A stretch of DNA of 64,000 bases from Raja brachyura (lineage: Eukaryota), in assembly GCA_963514005.1 (NCBI GenBank), contig OY740783.1:56048001-56112000 (forward strand). The letters are read 5' to 3'. Shown here in pieces: positions 12,670-24,249 of this stretch; within the stretch, counting starts at the first letter, position 1, and every line of letters begins with the position of its first letter. The notes beneath the pieces were generated by a model. It made no database searches and had not been told where the DNA came from. It worked only from the letters and a program-made list of their open reading frames with translations. Both the position numbers and the translations under genes were made by a program.

Positions 12670-14010
12670 ATCAAAAACTGCTGCAGGTGCTGGAAAATCT
12701 CCTCCGGTCAGGTAGCATCTACTGAAAGAGAAACTGAATAATGTTTAGGGTTGAAGACTCCATCACTGAAGTTGTAATTACTTGTAATTTCCATGTCTCA
12801 TTCCTAAACCGTGGCTTTGACCTTTGACTGCATTTCATCTATTTCCTGTATCTCTTTGTCACCATATTTCCACCCCAAAAACAGCGCAGGGATATAGTTT
12901 CCATGGACTTCACGTTTGGTTCCTTCTAGTCTTTACATTCAATGTTTCATGATTTCCATCACCTTCAATGTTATTTCAACCGCAAGGTGTATCTTTCCCC
13001 TACCTTATTTAGAATAAGAATAAGTTTATTGGCTAAGTATTCGCATACAAGGAATTTGCCTTGGTGCTCCACCTGCAAGCGACAACATGACATAGTGTCA
13101 GTTAAAACTGACACATAAAACATTAAATATTAATAATGAAACATTAATAGTTTAAATATGTGAATTAAAGAAAATGCCAGAGCAAAAGGAGGCTACAGAT
13201 TTTTGGTTATTGATTAGAGCTACTTCTCGTGGGGAAAAAAGCAATTTTTATGTCTGGCTGTGGCAGCTTTGACAGTCCGGAGTCGCCTTTGAGAGGGAAG
13301 TGATTCAAAGAGTTTGTGGCCAGTGTGAGAGGGGACAGATGATCTTACCCGCTCACTTCCTAGCCCTTGCAGTGTACAGTTCGTCAATGGAGGGAAGGTT
13401 GCAGCCAATAACCTTCTCAGCTGATCGGACGATTTGCTGCAGTCTTCGGATGTCCTGCCTGGTGGCTCAGTATTCCACAGAGATCTTTACTTTCATGACT
13501 CTCTTATCTGCTCTTCCATTTACACCAACCACTTCCCATCCTACAGCCCTTTACCATGCAGCTGGAGGAATGTGGCATTTGTCCTTTTACCTTTTTGTTT
13601 TCTGCCATTCTTGCAAGTTCATCTAGCGAACTGCATTCATTGCTCACTTCCACTTTGGAGAAAATGACTGCAGATTGGGTGTCTGCTTTGTGGAGCACCC
13701 AAGTTTAGTTTGTCACGTGTACCAAGGTACAATGAAAAAGCTTTTGTTGCGTGCTATCCAGCCGGCAGAAAGACAATACATGATTACAATTGAGCCATTC
13801 ACAATGTTCCAAGTTCATGAATCCTAGCTCATTTGCAGGGGTATTCCTGAGTTTTCAGTCATTTTAATTTACTATCCCACTCCCCCTTTGACCTATGTGG
13901 GCTTCTGCATTGTTTTAACAAGGCTCAATGCAATCTTCAGGAACAGGATCTCTTCCTCTCTCTCAGTGCTTTGTAGCCTTTCAATGCTCTACCAATTCCA
14001 GAATGTCCGG
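12670..14010 (+). mobile_element. Degraded Penelope-like element interrupted by a Rex1-type 3' fragment
   Basis: Penelope-like linker and endonuclease-derived sequence at 12860-13010, resuming at 13470 (ttccacagaga), with an inverted terminal unit at about 12675-12770. Confidence 0.6.
13011..13468 (-). mobile_element. Rex1/Babar-type LINE 3' end
   Basis: The minus-strand frame reads SHTGHKLFESLPSQRRLRTVKAATARHKNCFFP. The UTR is shared with 54355-54615. Confidence 0.8.
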
Positions 14011-14504
14011 CATCTTGTACTCTGGTATCAGAATTGGCCATTTCATCTATAGGTCATCCATCTACCATACTAGCTCAATATTTCTCATTCCTTCAGTTTA
14101 GCAGTTTGAGACTTTAATTGTTCATGCTCTCAATGCCCTTGGTTAACTTACCAACTTCAAATATAACCTCTTCACAGCTGTCCCAGACTTCTTCCCTATT
14201 TCTTGTACATCCCTACCCCACTCTTCAACAAAACAAATTTGTGTTTACTCGCAAAAAAAAGACAGTTTGAGTAACTCAGTGGGTCAGGCAGCATCTCTGT
14301 AGAATATGGATAGATGACGTTTCTTTCATTTGAAATGTTAACTGTTTTGCTTTCCACTTTTCTTTCAATGGGTATCATTTGACCTGCTGAGTGTTTGTAG
14401 TACTTGTTTTTGTTTCAGATTTCCACCCTCTGCAGTCATTTAAAAAATTTGAATAATATTATCCAAATTATAATATATCAGCAGAATTAACTCTACTGGC
14501 TAAA

Positions 14505-14850
14505 AGGCGAGTCTGCATGGAAGCTGAGGGGAGGAGACCTGTTAGAAGTTTATAACATTATGAGTGGCATAGATAGGGAAGCCAGTCACAACTTTTTGCA
14601 AGGGTGGAAACGTCAGAGACAAGAGGGCATAGCTTTAAAGCCAGAGCAAAATGTAAAGGAAATATGTGGGGCAAACCTTTTCCACAGAGTGGTGGATGTC
14701 TGGAGTGTGGGGGGGCAGCAGATACGACAGTGGCATTCAAGATGCTTTTAGATAGGCACATGTATATGCAGGAAATGTAAGTATGTGGATAACGTCGAGA
14801 CAGTGGAGATTAATTTAACCTGGCATCATTCATGTGGTGCACTGTTCCAT
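14505..14850 (+). mobile_element. CR1 3' fragment
   Basis: gaggggaggagacctgttagaagtttataac (decayed LRGDLIEVYK), TRGH-like and ttccacagagtggtg motifs. Confidence 0.75.
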
Positions 14851-15824
14851 GTGTTCAAATCCATTGCTTTTCATTGGTGGGGTGTTGGTACTAATGTGGT
14901 GGTGATAATATGGTGAAAGTAGTACATAGCAAAATGATGGACTTGATGTTTTTATCCAAAAATTATTTTGAGACGCTTTAATTGTTGATGTTTGTTTAAT
15001 TACATCCTTGACTTTGTAGTCTGTGTAATTTTACAGTGTTGTGCTGAAGTCGGCTATCTTAAATGTAGGTGTTCTGAGATATTGAATATCAGTTCCTGTC
15101 TCCACTGTTGTAGGTGGAAGGAAGAAACAACTCCACCTGAACAGATGCTAAGTAACTTGTGAACTGATGTGTTTCTGTGTATGTCATCTCAATGCAATGT
15201 CAGGCAGTAGCTTTAATCAATGAGCAGTTGAGATATTTTGTTTAGTCTCCAATGGGCATGGGAAAGAATAATTACTGTAAACTTTGCAGTTATCCTTCAG
15301 AAAGACCCAGAAAGATTTGCTTAGAATGCCTGTTCACTGTGTTAGTGATTGAGTCAGCTTTTTTTTAAACCTTTGTCACCCATAATTGAGCATCTGATTT
15401 TTCTTTAAATAGCATAACAATAGTCATACAGTATGGAAGCAGACCCTTTGGCCCAACTTGCCCACGTTGACCAATATGATCCATCTACACTAGTTTCACC
15501 TGTCTGCTTTGGCATGTATCCCTCTAAACCTGTCCTATTCATGAACCTGTCCAAAATCTTTGGGTTTTTACGACGTTGTTAATTTAGTTGCAGCCGGATG
15601 AGCGAGGGAGAAACAGGGGCGCGCGAGAGACCGAATTCTCCATTCCTGTCGATGCAATGGAGAATTCTGTGTGAACAGAATCTGTGCCGTATGAATTTTG
15701 TTTAGTCACCTAACCATCTGCTAAGATGAACTCTTATCTTCAACATTGCTCCAGAAATTCTGTCTTTGCTGAACAAAGTCCCAAAATGAAGGTCTTTTAT
15801 ATGGATGATTGCAATTAATCATTT

Positions 15825-16245
15825 GAGAGCATATAGTACAGAAAGAGGCCCTTTGGCCCAACTTGTCAATGCCGACCAGATACCCTATCTAAGCTAGTTC
15901 CATTTTTCTGTGTTTGACCAATATCTGTAGAGACTTTTCTCATCCATGTATATGTCTGTGTCTTTCTAAATGCTGTTATTGTACCTTCCTCGACTATCTC
16001 CTCAGAACTGTTCCACCGCCCTCAGATGTTGCTCCTCAGGTTCCTCGCCTTAAACCCATGCCCTCCTCTTGTTCCTGATTCCGCAACTCGGGACAAAAGG
16101 CACTGTATTCACCCTATCCCTTCTCCTCATGACTTTATGGACTGCTTTCAGATCACCCCTCGGCCTTTGAATGGCAAGGAATAAAGTCCAAGCCTACCCA
16201 TTCTCTCCCTAACCTCAGCCCCACTAGTCCTGGCGACATCCTGGA
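15825..16245 (-). mobile_element. CR1 3' fragment (older subfamily)
   Basis: Reverse-complement tail gaggccctttggcccaacttgtc followed by decayed ORF2 sequence. Similar short tails lie at 15420-15560 and 20325-20460. Confidence 0.7.
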
Positions 16246-16249
16246 AAGG

Positions 16250-17215
16250 TAGAAACACAGAACTGCAGATGGTGGCTTATACCAAATTTAGATACAAAGT
16301 GCTGGGAACCCTCCTTCAGACTGAAAATGTAAGTGTGTGTTTGGTGAGGAAAGACCAGGACCAATCGGAACAAATTACTTTAGGCAGAGCAGTGCCTCGT
16401 AGGACCATTGTTCAATAGAGAACATGTGATCTCAAGAAACAATATGGAGAACTGTGGAACTGGTAAAATGGCTAGGGAGGGGAGAGAATATGGGTTGAGG
16501 TTATGGGCCAGTCCCACTTACGCAACTTTTTCGGCGACTGCCGGCAGCCGTTATTACATGTTGGGGGAGTGTCGCCTGTATGATCATGAGTAGTCTCCTC
16601 AGTTACCCAAAGAGTTGTAGTGTCTTTCTGGTTGCCACTGGGATTTTCAACATGTTGAAAATTTTCAGCGACCTACAACAACCTGTGAAGGGTGCTGGCA
16701 GTCGCCGAAAAAGTCACGTAAGATCAACAGACCGATTACTTAAAATTTGAGAATTCAATGTTCATGCTGCTGATTTGTAAGCTGCCCAAGTGAAATATGA
16801 GGTGCTGTTCCTCCCATTTGCATTCTGGCTTCACTCTGGCAATGTCGGAGGCCCAGGACAGAAAGGTCAGTATGGGAATGGGAGTTGAAATGGTCGGCAA
16901 CCAGACGATCCCGTAGGCCTAGGCGGACCGAGCGCAAGTTCAGGAACACCAGAAGCAGTAGATGAGCTTGGAGGTGGTACGTGTGAACCTCTGTCTAACC
17001 TGAAAGGACTGTTGGGGCCCCTGAATGGAATGGAGGTATAAGGGTTGCAACATCTCCTCTGGTTGCAGGGGAAACTACCTGGGAAGTCGATGGTAGGGGT
17101 GGCAATAGACGAGTCAACCAAGGAGTTGCGGAGGGAGTGGATCCTGCAGAAGGTGGAAAAGGGTGGAGATGGGGAAATGCATTTAGTGGTGAGTTACTCC
17201 AGCACTTTGTGTCTA
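16250..17215 (-). mobile_element. Neptune-type Penelope fragment split by a Harbinger MITE
   Basis: Minus-strand frames give FPCNQRRC (zinc linker) and VADHFNSHSHTDLSVLGLRHCQSEAR (C-terminal to GIY-YIG). The UTR and terminal unit lie at 16250-16500. Confidence 0.8.
16504..16735. mobile_element. PIF/Harbinger-type MITE
   Basis: Left end TGGGCCAGTCCCACTTACGCAACTTTTTCGGCGACTGCC. The right end GGCAGTCGCCGAAAAAGTCACGTAAG is its near-perfect reverse complement. TTA is duplicated at 16501-16503 and 16736-16738. Confidence 0.85.
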
Positions 17216-18019
17216 ACATCCTGTAAATCCTCTCTACACTCTATCCAGCTTAACGACATCCTGTAGCAGTGTGACCAAAACTTAACAAAAACAAAATCTA
17301 AAAGTTGCAAAATAGTGCAGGAGTGTGGCAATTTGCATGCTGTGCCAGAAGAGAATCTACTATTGTCTGCCACAATCATTTCACTCTTATACTTGTGTAT
17401 GATTATAGTCGTGCTATGATTTGACTGGTTAGCGCACAAATATATTCAAAGATGTATTTCGGTGCATTTGACAATAATAAGTTCAACTTAATTAAACTGA
17501 ACTAATCTAAACAATTGAGTGCATATGTCACCCTTTTTAATATAGCAAAAATTTGAAAGAACTTTGAGTGTTATCAAACATAACTTGCATAGGTGCCTAA
17601 AATGTCATGTCATTCCAAATTTGGTCAAGGATAATCTTTTGGGGAAAGCATTAAATGAAAAAAAAGTCCTTAAAGCCTCCAATTGCTCCGCACACAAATA
17701 TTTTCCAGCTTTGCATTAAACTTTGCAAGAAAAAATGCTTATTGATAGTTGCCTGATAGTCATTTTAAGAATATGCTCATATACAGTATCCCCCAGCAGT
17801 GGAAATAATCAGTCTTTCACTGTGATCCATTCACCACCCTTTCTCAAAGCTCAGTCTTGTTCAAAGTCCAAACTAACTAATTGGATCTTTTTGTTGCCAG
17901 AAAAGCAAATTTATCGCACACATTTTGTAGGCAGCAATTTCTGCTGTTGGTCGCGACCATAATGCTGGGTTAGAGACTAGTATAGAATATTTTAAAACAA
18001 CCTTGTATGTTTGGGGACA

Positions 18020-19035
18020 GTGGCTATCTGGACTACACTTCTTCCCACCCTGCTTCCTGTTAGGACTATCCCCTACTCCCAGTGCCTCCATCTATGCCCC
18101 ACTGCACCTAGGATGAGATGTTCCAAACCAGGGCATCGGAGATGTCCTCATTCTTTATTGAACGGGGGTTCCCCTCTTCTACTATAAATGATGCTCTCAC
18201 CAGGGCCTCCTCTATATCCTGCAGCTCCACTCTCACTCCCCATCCCCCTACTTGTAACAAAGACAGTCCCCCTTGTCCTCATCTTCCACCCTACCAGCTG
18301 TCGCATACAACATACAATCCTCCAGCATTTTCATTACCTCCAACAGGATCCCAGCACTGGCCACATCTTCCCATCTCCTCCCCTTTCTGCTTTCCACAGA
18401 GACTGTTCCCTCCGGAACTCCCTGGTCAATTTGTCCCTTCCCACCCAAACCACCTCCTCCCCTGGTACATTCCCTTGCAACCGCAGGGAATGCTACACTT
18501 GTTGCTTTACCTCCCCCCTCGACTCCATCCAAGGACCCAGGAAGTCTTTCCAGGTGAGGCAGAGGCACCTACTCCAACCTCATCTATTGCATCCGCTGTT
18601 CCAAGTGTCAACTGCTGTACATCGGTGAGACCAAGCGCAGGCTTGGCGATCACTTCACCCAACACCTCCACTCGGTTCGCAATAACAAACCTGATTTCTC
18701 AGTGGCTCAGCACTTCAACTCTCCTTCCCATTCCGAATCCGACCTTTCTGTCCTGGGCATACTCCATGGCCAGAGTGAGTCCCACCACAAATTGGAGGAA
18801 CAGCTTGGGTAGTTTACACCCCAGCGGTATGAACATTGACCTCCAATTTCAGGTAGTCCTTGCTCTCTGCTTCCTTCCCCTCCCCAGCTGTCCCACAGCC
18901 TTCTGTCTCCGCCTCTTCCTTTCTTTTACCGTGCCCCCACATCAGTCTGAAGCAGGGTTTCGACCTGAAACGTCGCCTATTCCTTCGCTCAATAAATGCT
19001 GCCTCACCCGCTGAGTTTCTCCAGCTTTTTCATCT
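18020..19035 (+). mobile_element. Neptune-type Penelope-like element, 3' ~1 kb (RT C-terminus, Zn linker, GIY-YIG endonuclease), frameshifted
   Basis: Motifs YLDYTSSHPASC, SEMSSFFIERGFP, FPCNRRECYTC and LIYCIRCSKCQLLYIGETKRRLGDHF across shifting frames, then the terminal unit at 18945-19030. Confidence 0.92.
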
Positions 19036-19059
19036 ACCTTGGGTATATGTTTGGGTATA

Positions 19060-19280
19060 TTCAGCGTGTGAGGCAGCATCTATGGAGAGAAGGAATAGGC
19101 AAAGTTTCGGGTCAAGATCCTTCTTCAGACTGATGTGGGGGGGGGCAGGAAAAAGTAAAGAAGAGGCGGAGACAGTGTGACTAGAAGCAGAACTGGGAAG
19201 GAGAGGAGGGAGAAGGTGAGGGCTATCTAAAATTAGAGAAGTCAATGTTGATATTGCTGGGGTGTAGACTACCCAAGCTT
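19060..19280 (-). mobile_element. Second Penelope 3' end, inverted relative to 18800-19020
   Basis: Its reverse complement aligns along its length with 18802-19015 (gcttgggtagt.tacaccccagc...cacatcagtctgaag...gctgcctcac.cgctga). Confidence 0.88.
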
Positions 19281-19299
19281 GTCTCCTCACTACATTTAC

Positions 19300-20200
19300 T
19301 GCTGGCTCCAGTAGCAAATCTGAGTTTGAATGATCGGTGCAAGGCATTGATTGATGCTGCAATTCCACTGTGGAAATTGGAAAACAAATCAGAGGTTTTT
19401 TAGATAAATACACAGAGGAACATATTGTTGTGCAGAAAATTAGAGATGAAGTTGCCTGCAACAAAATATGGATCTCAATCGATGAGACAACCGATGCTGT
19501 GGGGAGATGTGTTGCCAATGTTATGACCGGCATACTGGAGGCAGGTCAACCATCAAAGGAATATTTGTTGACATTGGAAGTATTGGAGAAGTCAAACAGC
19601 TCAACTATTGCTCAGTTGTTTATATCTTCACTTGCTGTACTTTGGACAGAAGGGATAAAACATGAGAATGTTCTTCTGTTTGTGACTTAAAGTTTTATTC
19701 CCCAAAATGTTGCCCAAATTATTCCCCAATTTGACATGCTTAGCTCCAGGACTTTATAGAATTGCCAAGCACATACGTAGCTTGTTTTCAAATGTCGATC
19801 GCCTAGTTTCTGCTGTCTAGAAAAACTTCCTCAAAGCACCGTCACGTGTGAAGTTGTTGGAGATAGCTGTTCAAGGAGATTCCACTACCTCCGCCCGTTT
19901 TGACTAGGTGGGGTTCATGATTCTCTGCTGTGCTCTACTATGTTGCAAATTTTGAAAAGATAAAATAAATTGGGATTGTCAGTGAAATCATGCAGAAAAA
20001 GTCCCTCCACTGCGATCTTGTGTTTATCGCTTCCAATTTTGCAAACTTCCCACAAGCTATCACTTCCCTTGAGAAATGTGGTGAAACATTAGTGAATAAA
20101 TTGCAGGTTTTCAACAAAGTAACTGACGATATTTGCAAACTTCCTGGCGATGTAGGTAAAGACATCCAAGGAAAATATGAGAGTGATTTTAGCTAACAAA
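19300..20200 (+). pseudogene. Decayed hAT-superfamily transposase (CGGBP-like / DUF659-type)
   Basis: Motifs in order across stops and frameshifts: D.CKALIDAAIPLWKLEN, GFLDKYT, IWISIDETTD, LLFVT, LTCLA.GL.RIA, FLKAPSRV, PVLTRWGS*, DLVFIASNF...ITSLE. Confidence 0.8.
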
Positions 20201-20760
20201 GAATAGGATCCATTTACACGGAATTAGCACAACTTCTGATGGTGGAGGTTTTTATTTCTTGCAGTTTATATTTTGGTGTTGGATATGTGTACTACTTAAT
20301 TCATGTATTAACCTGTCGCCCAACACAAACGGGCCCTTTGGACCAACTTGGCCGTGCTGACCAAGCTGCACCATCTACGCTAGTCTCACCTGCCTGCATT
20401 TGACCCATATCCCTCTAAACTTATGCTATCCATGTAAGTGTCCAAATGTCTTTGAAATGTTTAGGACTGAAGGTTTGGTAAAGCTAGGCAGAAACAAACA
20501 TTTATGTGTAGCCGTGCTGCTACACATTACCAAGTTTTGAGTAAGGGTGATGAACGTTAAGGTGTTTAAAGCTGCTGTTAGATGACGCCTGGAGGGAGCA
20601 AACGGGGAATAGCGAAGCTATTGGATGGAATAAGCATGGTGGGAATGGAGAAGTAGTTTCATCTCTTTAAAGCTTGAACCTGATGTTGTGTGGTATGTAC
20701 TTGACATGAAGTTTATGACCCTATATAACAAATATAAATGCAATTATGACAGTAACTAAA

Positions 20761-20945
20761 AGCTGGAGTAACTGCGGGTCAGACAGCGTCTCTGGAGAAA
20801 AGGAATAGGTGACATTTTGGGTCGAGACCGTTCTTCACACTTCTGAAGAAGGGTCTCTATCCGAAATGTAACCTATTCCTTTTCTCCAGAGATACTCTCC
20901 GACCTGCTGTTTGTGTCTATCTTCAGTTTAAACCAGAACCTGTGG
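20761..20945. repeat. Palindromic pair of Penelope terminal units with hammerhead-like core
   Basis: Arms tctggagaaaaggaataggt.acattt.gg..gagacc.ttcttca and tgaagaagggtctc.atccgaaatgt.acctattccttttctccaga, centred near 20840. Confidence 0.85.
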
Positions 20946-21594
20946 TTCCTTCTTACATGTTTAGAGGGATTTGGCCAATCACAGGCAGGCGAGACTAATG
21001 TAGATGGGGCATGTGGGCAAGTTGGGCCAAAGGGCCTGCTTTCACACTGTATGTCTCTGACACTGACTTTGTATGCATTGGTTTTATAGAATACAATGTT
21101 GTGAAATGTTCATTGCTGAAACTGAACTACTCTTGACTCTGGATGTAGTGTAACATGCATATATTGACTGGCAGGAAGTCTACAGGCTGTGTCTCTAAAG
21201 CAGTTCAAGCCAGCAAATTAATTTATCAAACTCCCCGGTACTCTAATGTGGTCAAAGCTACAGCGGTTGCTGCTCTGGACGATTACACACATTTCCTTCA
21301 GCAAGTCAATCGTACTTATGCAAATATTTGGAACGTTTTCAGTATTCTAAGACGTACTTGTTTAGATATACTGGCTACTTTGTTCGTGGAAAAAGGTTGT
21401 GTCGTAATCAAATCTTTATTGCTTCTGTTCATAGAAAATGGATTTGCCCCTAACCGTTGGCTCCATTTACTGCCTTTTTCACACCGGAACCCAGGTCCTG
21501 AGTTGAAAGTCAGTACTCTGCAGCTGCTGAAAATCTGCAATTTAAAAACATCTGACTAGACAGCATCTGTGTGGAAAGAAATAGAGTCGGGGTC

Positions 21595-21985
21595 GACTGG
21601 GCTTGTATTCACCGGAATTTAGAAAGATGAGGGGATCTTTAAGAAACATGTAATGCAGGCTAGATGCAGGAAATGTTTTCCTGATGTTGGGGGAGTCCAG
21701 AACCATAGGTCACAGTTTAAGAATAAGGGGTAGAGCATTTAGGACAGGTGAGGAAAAACGTTTTCCCCCAGAGTTGTGAATCTCTGCCACAGAAGGCAGT
21801 GGAGGCCAATTCACTGGATGTTTTCAAGGGAGAGTTAGATTTATCTCTTGAGACTAAAGGAATCGAGGGATATGGGGCAAAAATGGGTATGGGGTACTGA
21901 TTTTAGATGAGCAGCCATGATCGTATTGAACAGTGCTGGCTCAAAGGGCCGAATGGCCTACTCCTGCACCTATTTTCTATGTTTC
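21595..21985 (+). mobile_element. CR1 3' fragment inserted into a palindromic Penelope-terminus element (21510-21590 and 22060-22120)
   Basis: Intact tail gggccgaatggcctactcctgcacctattttctatgtttc. The flanks gcatctgtgtggaaagaaatagagtc and gactctgttcctttttccacagatgc are approximately complementary. Confidence 0.8.
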
Positions 21986-22299
21986 AAAGCTGCAGTTTGC
22001 AGACCTGGCCATCTGAACTGTGGTGGCGTTGCATGAGAGTTCTGAAAAGGCCTGGGATATTGACTCTGTTCCTTTTTCCACAGATGCTGCTGACTCGCTC
22101 AGTATTTTGACATTTTTTGCCTTTTGTCTTTGGTCCTGAATTGTTGAGTACTCCAGTCTTCTAAACTAATATTCCCTAATCTATAGATGGTTCAATTGAT
22201 TTAGTCGGTAACATAATAGTTACACATTTATACAACAGAAGATTGGGGCATGCGTGTTGTTGCCTCACAATTTCTGGCCTCCTGTGCTGCATTGAATCA

Positions 22300-22480
22300 A
22301 GTTGTAGAGAAGTTTCTTTAGGCAGAGTGTGGTGAATCTGTGGAATTTGTTGCCAGAGACAGCAGTGGAGGCCAAGACATTGGGCATTTTTAAAGTGGAG
22401 ATTGATAGGTTCTTGATTAGTAAGGATGTCAAAGGTTACAGGGAGAAGGTAGGCAAATGGGACTGAGGGGTGAATCACTT
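22300..22480 (+). mobile_element. CR1 3' fragment
   Basis: gagtgtggtgaatctgtggaatttgttgcca...ggttacagggagaagg. Confidence 0.8.
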
Positions 22481-23724
22481 GTTTGAATAAGATTATTTGA
22501 AAATGAAATGATCCACACCAACTCTTAAAAATAAATCGCCTTTATGTGAAAAATAAAGCAATTGCAAAACGTTGCCAACACGAAGGGGAATATTCTTTGG
22601 GGCCGTTCGCTACCATCCGCAATCACGGATAAAACAGTGCAGGATATGATAGCGTGGCCAATGATGCAGGTGTGAGGTGAGATCCCCGAAATACAGTCTG
22701 TCGAGCGATGAATGAACAGGGGTGAGAAATGTACTAACCGTCACCCTATATATTGAAAAATCCCAAAACTCTGGTTCAGTGAGTTTAGAAAAGTACATTA
22801 GACAAGAAACCTTTACAAATAGCGAAGCTTCACGTATGGCAGTGCACACACCTGGTGCAAATGTCCCAAAGGATGGAAACCGGCCCTTCGGCCCACTGAG
22901 CCAGCCGTCAAACACCCATTTACTTCAATCTCATTTCTGCCCGCATTCACATCAATTTCCCACCTGAGCCCCATTCGATCACTCACCGACACATCGGGGG
23001 AAGGTGACAGTCCTTCAGGTGTTTTTGCCATTCATTTCTCATCCAGTCATGGGTTCAAACAACACAGCAGGTGTTGCAGGGAGCATTCATACAACAAAGC
23101 AGCGTGTGGGGAGCGAAAAGGAGCACTTGGGGGAAACTTCATAAAATAGTACTGGAGTTTAGAATCGAAACCCAGGTCCCTGGAGCAGTGACACACGTTG
23201 CTCAAGTGAACGTATAATGAAATGAATGAGGACAGACAATAATCAGATTAATTGAACTGATCAAAGGGTGTAGATTTAACATGAGCAGCAGGCGGAATAG
23301 AGGGCATTTTTTTTCTCAACCCAGTAAGTACTGTAGTCGTAATCTGAGAACGTGACGGAGGCAGGTTTACAAAGTATCTGGGCCAGAACTCGAATAGCGG
23401 TCAGGAAGGCTATGGTTGGAATGGACATGGTGGGCGGAGGAGCCTGTTTCTGTGTTGTATGAACCCATGACTCGATGAGAAATGAGTGGCAAAAACACCT
23501 GAAGGAATGTGAGATAATGATCATGGATCACTTTTAATGGAAAGTCCACACATACAGAGAGACAGCCAAGAAGAACTTCATATCTACACTCAGATCGACT
23601 GGCAGATGGAGGAGATAGGAGTTGGGCAAAGAGAGGAAAAGCCCAAGAGAAATACAGGGAAAGGGATATTGGAAAAGACAGATGCTGGAATCCTGAAACG
23701 CATGTCAAAACATTTAAAAGGTAT

Positions 23725-23865
23725 AACACACAGCAAATAGGTGTAGGAGTCGGCCCTTCGAGCCAGCATTGCCATTCAATATGATCATAGCTGATCATCC
23801 AAAATCAGTACCCCATTTCTGCTTTCTCCCCATATCCCTTGATTCTGTAACCCTAAGAAATTTAA
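23725..23865 (-). mobile_element. CR1 3' tail
   Basis: aataggtgtaggagtcggcccttcgagccagc... is the reverse complement of the CR1 tail. Confidence 0.85.
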
Positions 23866-23879
23866 ATATGGGATGCTTT

Positions 23880-24146
23880 TTATAGTGGTAAAAAAGACTG
23901 CATGACACCATTTTTATCATGTGACGATTTTTCCACATGTCGGTAGTCGTTGTTTGCTCAAGAGTAACTCGGGAGAGGGACTTGGTACATTGCCGAAATG
24001 AGAAGTAAACGGCAAACTTAGACATACATGTGTGAACTCGTTGAAACTCGTGAACATAAACTTGGAATCTCGTAGAAAATCACGAGTTTGATTTTTTTCT
24101 TTAACTCGGGATAACTTGTGGGTGGACTCTCACTGTGGGACAGGGA
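23880..24146. mobile_element. Partial Harbinger-type MITE related to 55062-55568
   Basis: Right end gtgggacaggg, and internal ttttatcatgtga.. shared with 55385-55405. Confidence 0.6.
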
Positions 24147-24249
24147 TACAAGGCAGCATCTCTACCGCTGTGCCAATTGTGTTGGGAAATTGGAATGTAA
24201 TATATTTTGGTGCCAGCGAATGTGTTGAATAGTAATATGGACTTGATAT

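Noticed and set aside
18118-19014. 298-aa ORF as a novel host gene
   Set aside because: It is a frameshifted Penelope element read partly off-frame; the real motifs are scattered across frames.
21155-21559. 134-aa ORF as a nested gene or extra exon
   Set aside because: No recognisable motif or convertase similarity, and its 3' end runs into a repeat. Most other 60-140 aa ORFs in the track are likewise chance or antisense-to-transposon frames.
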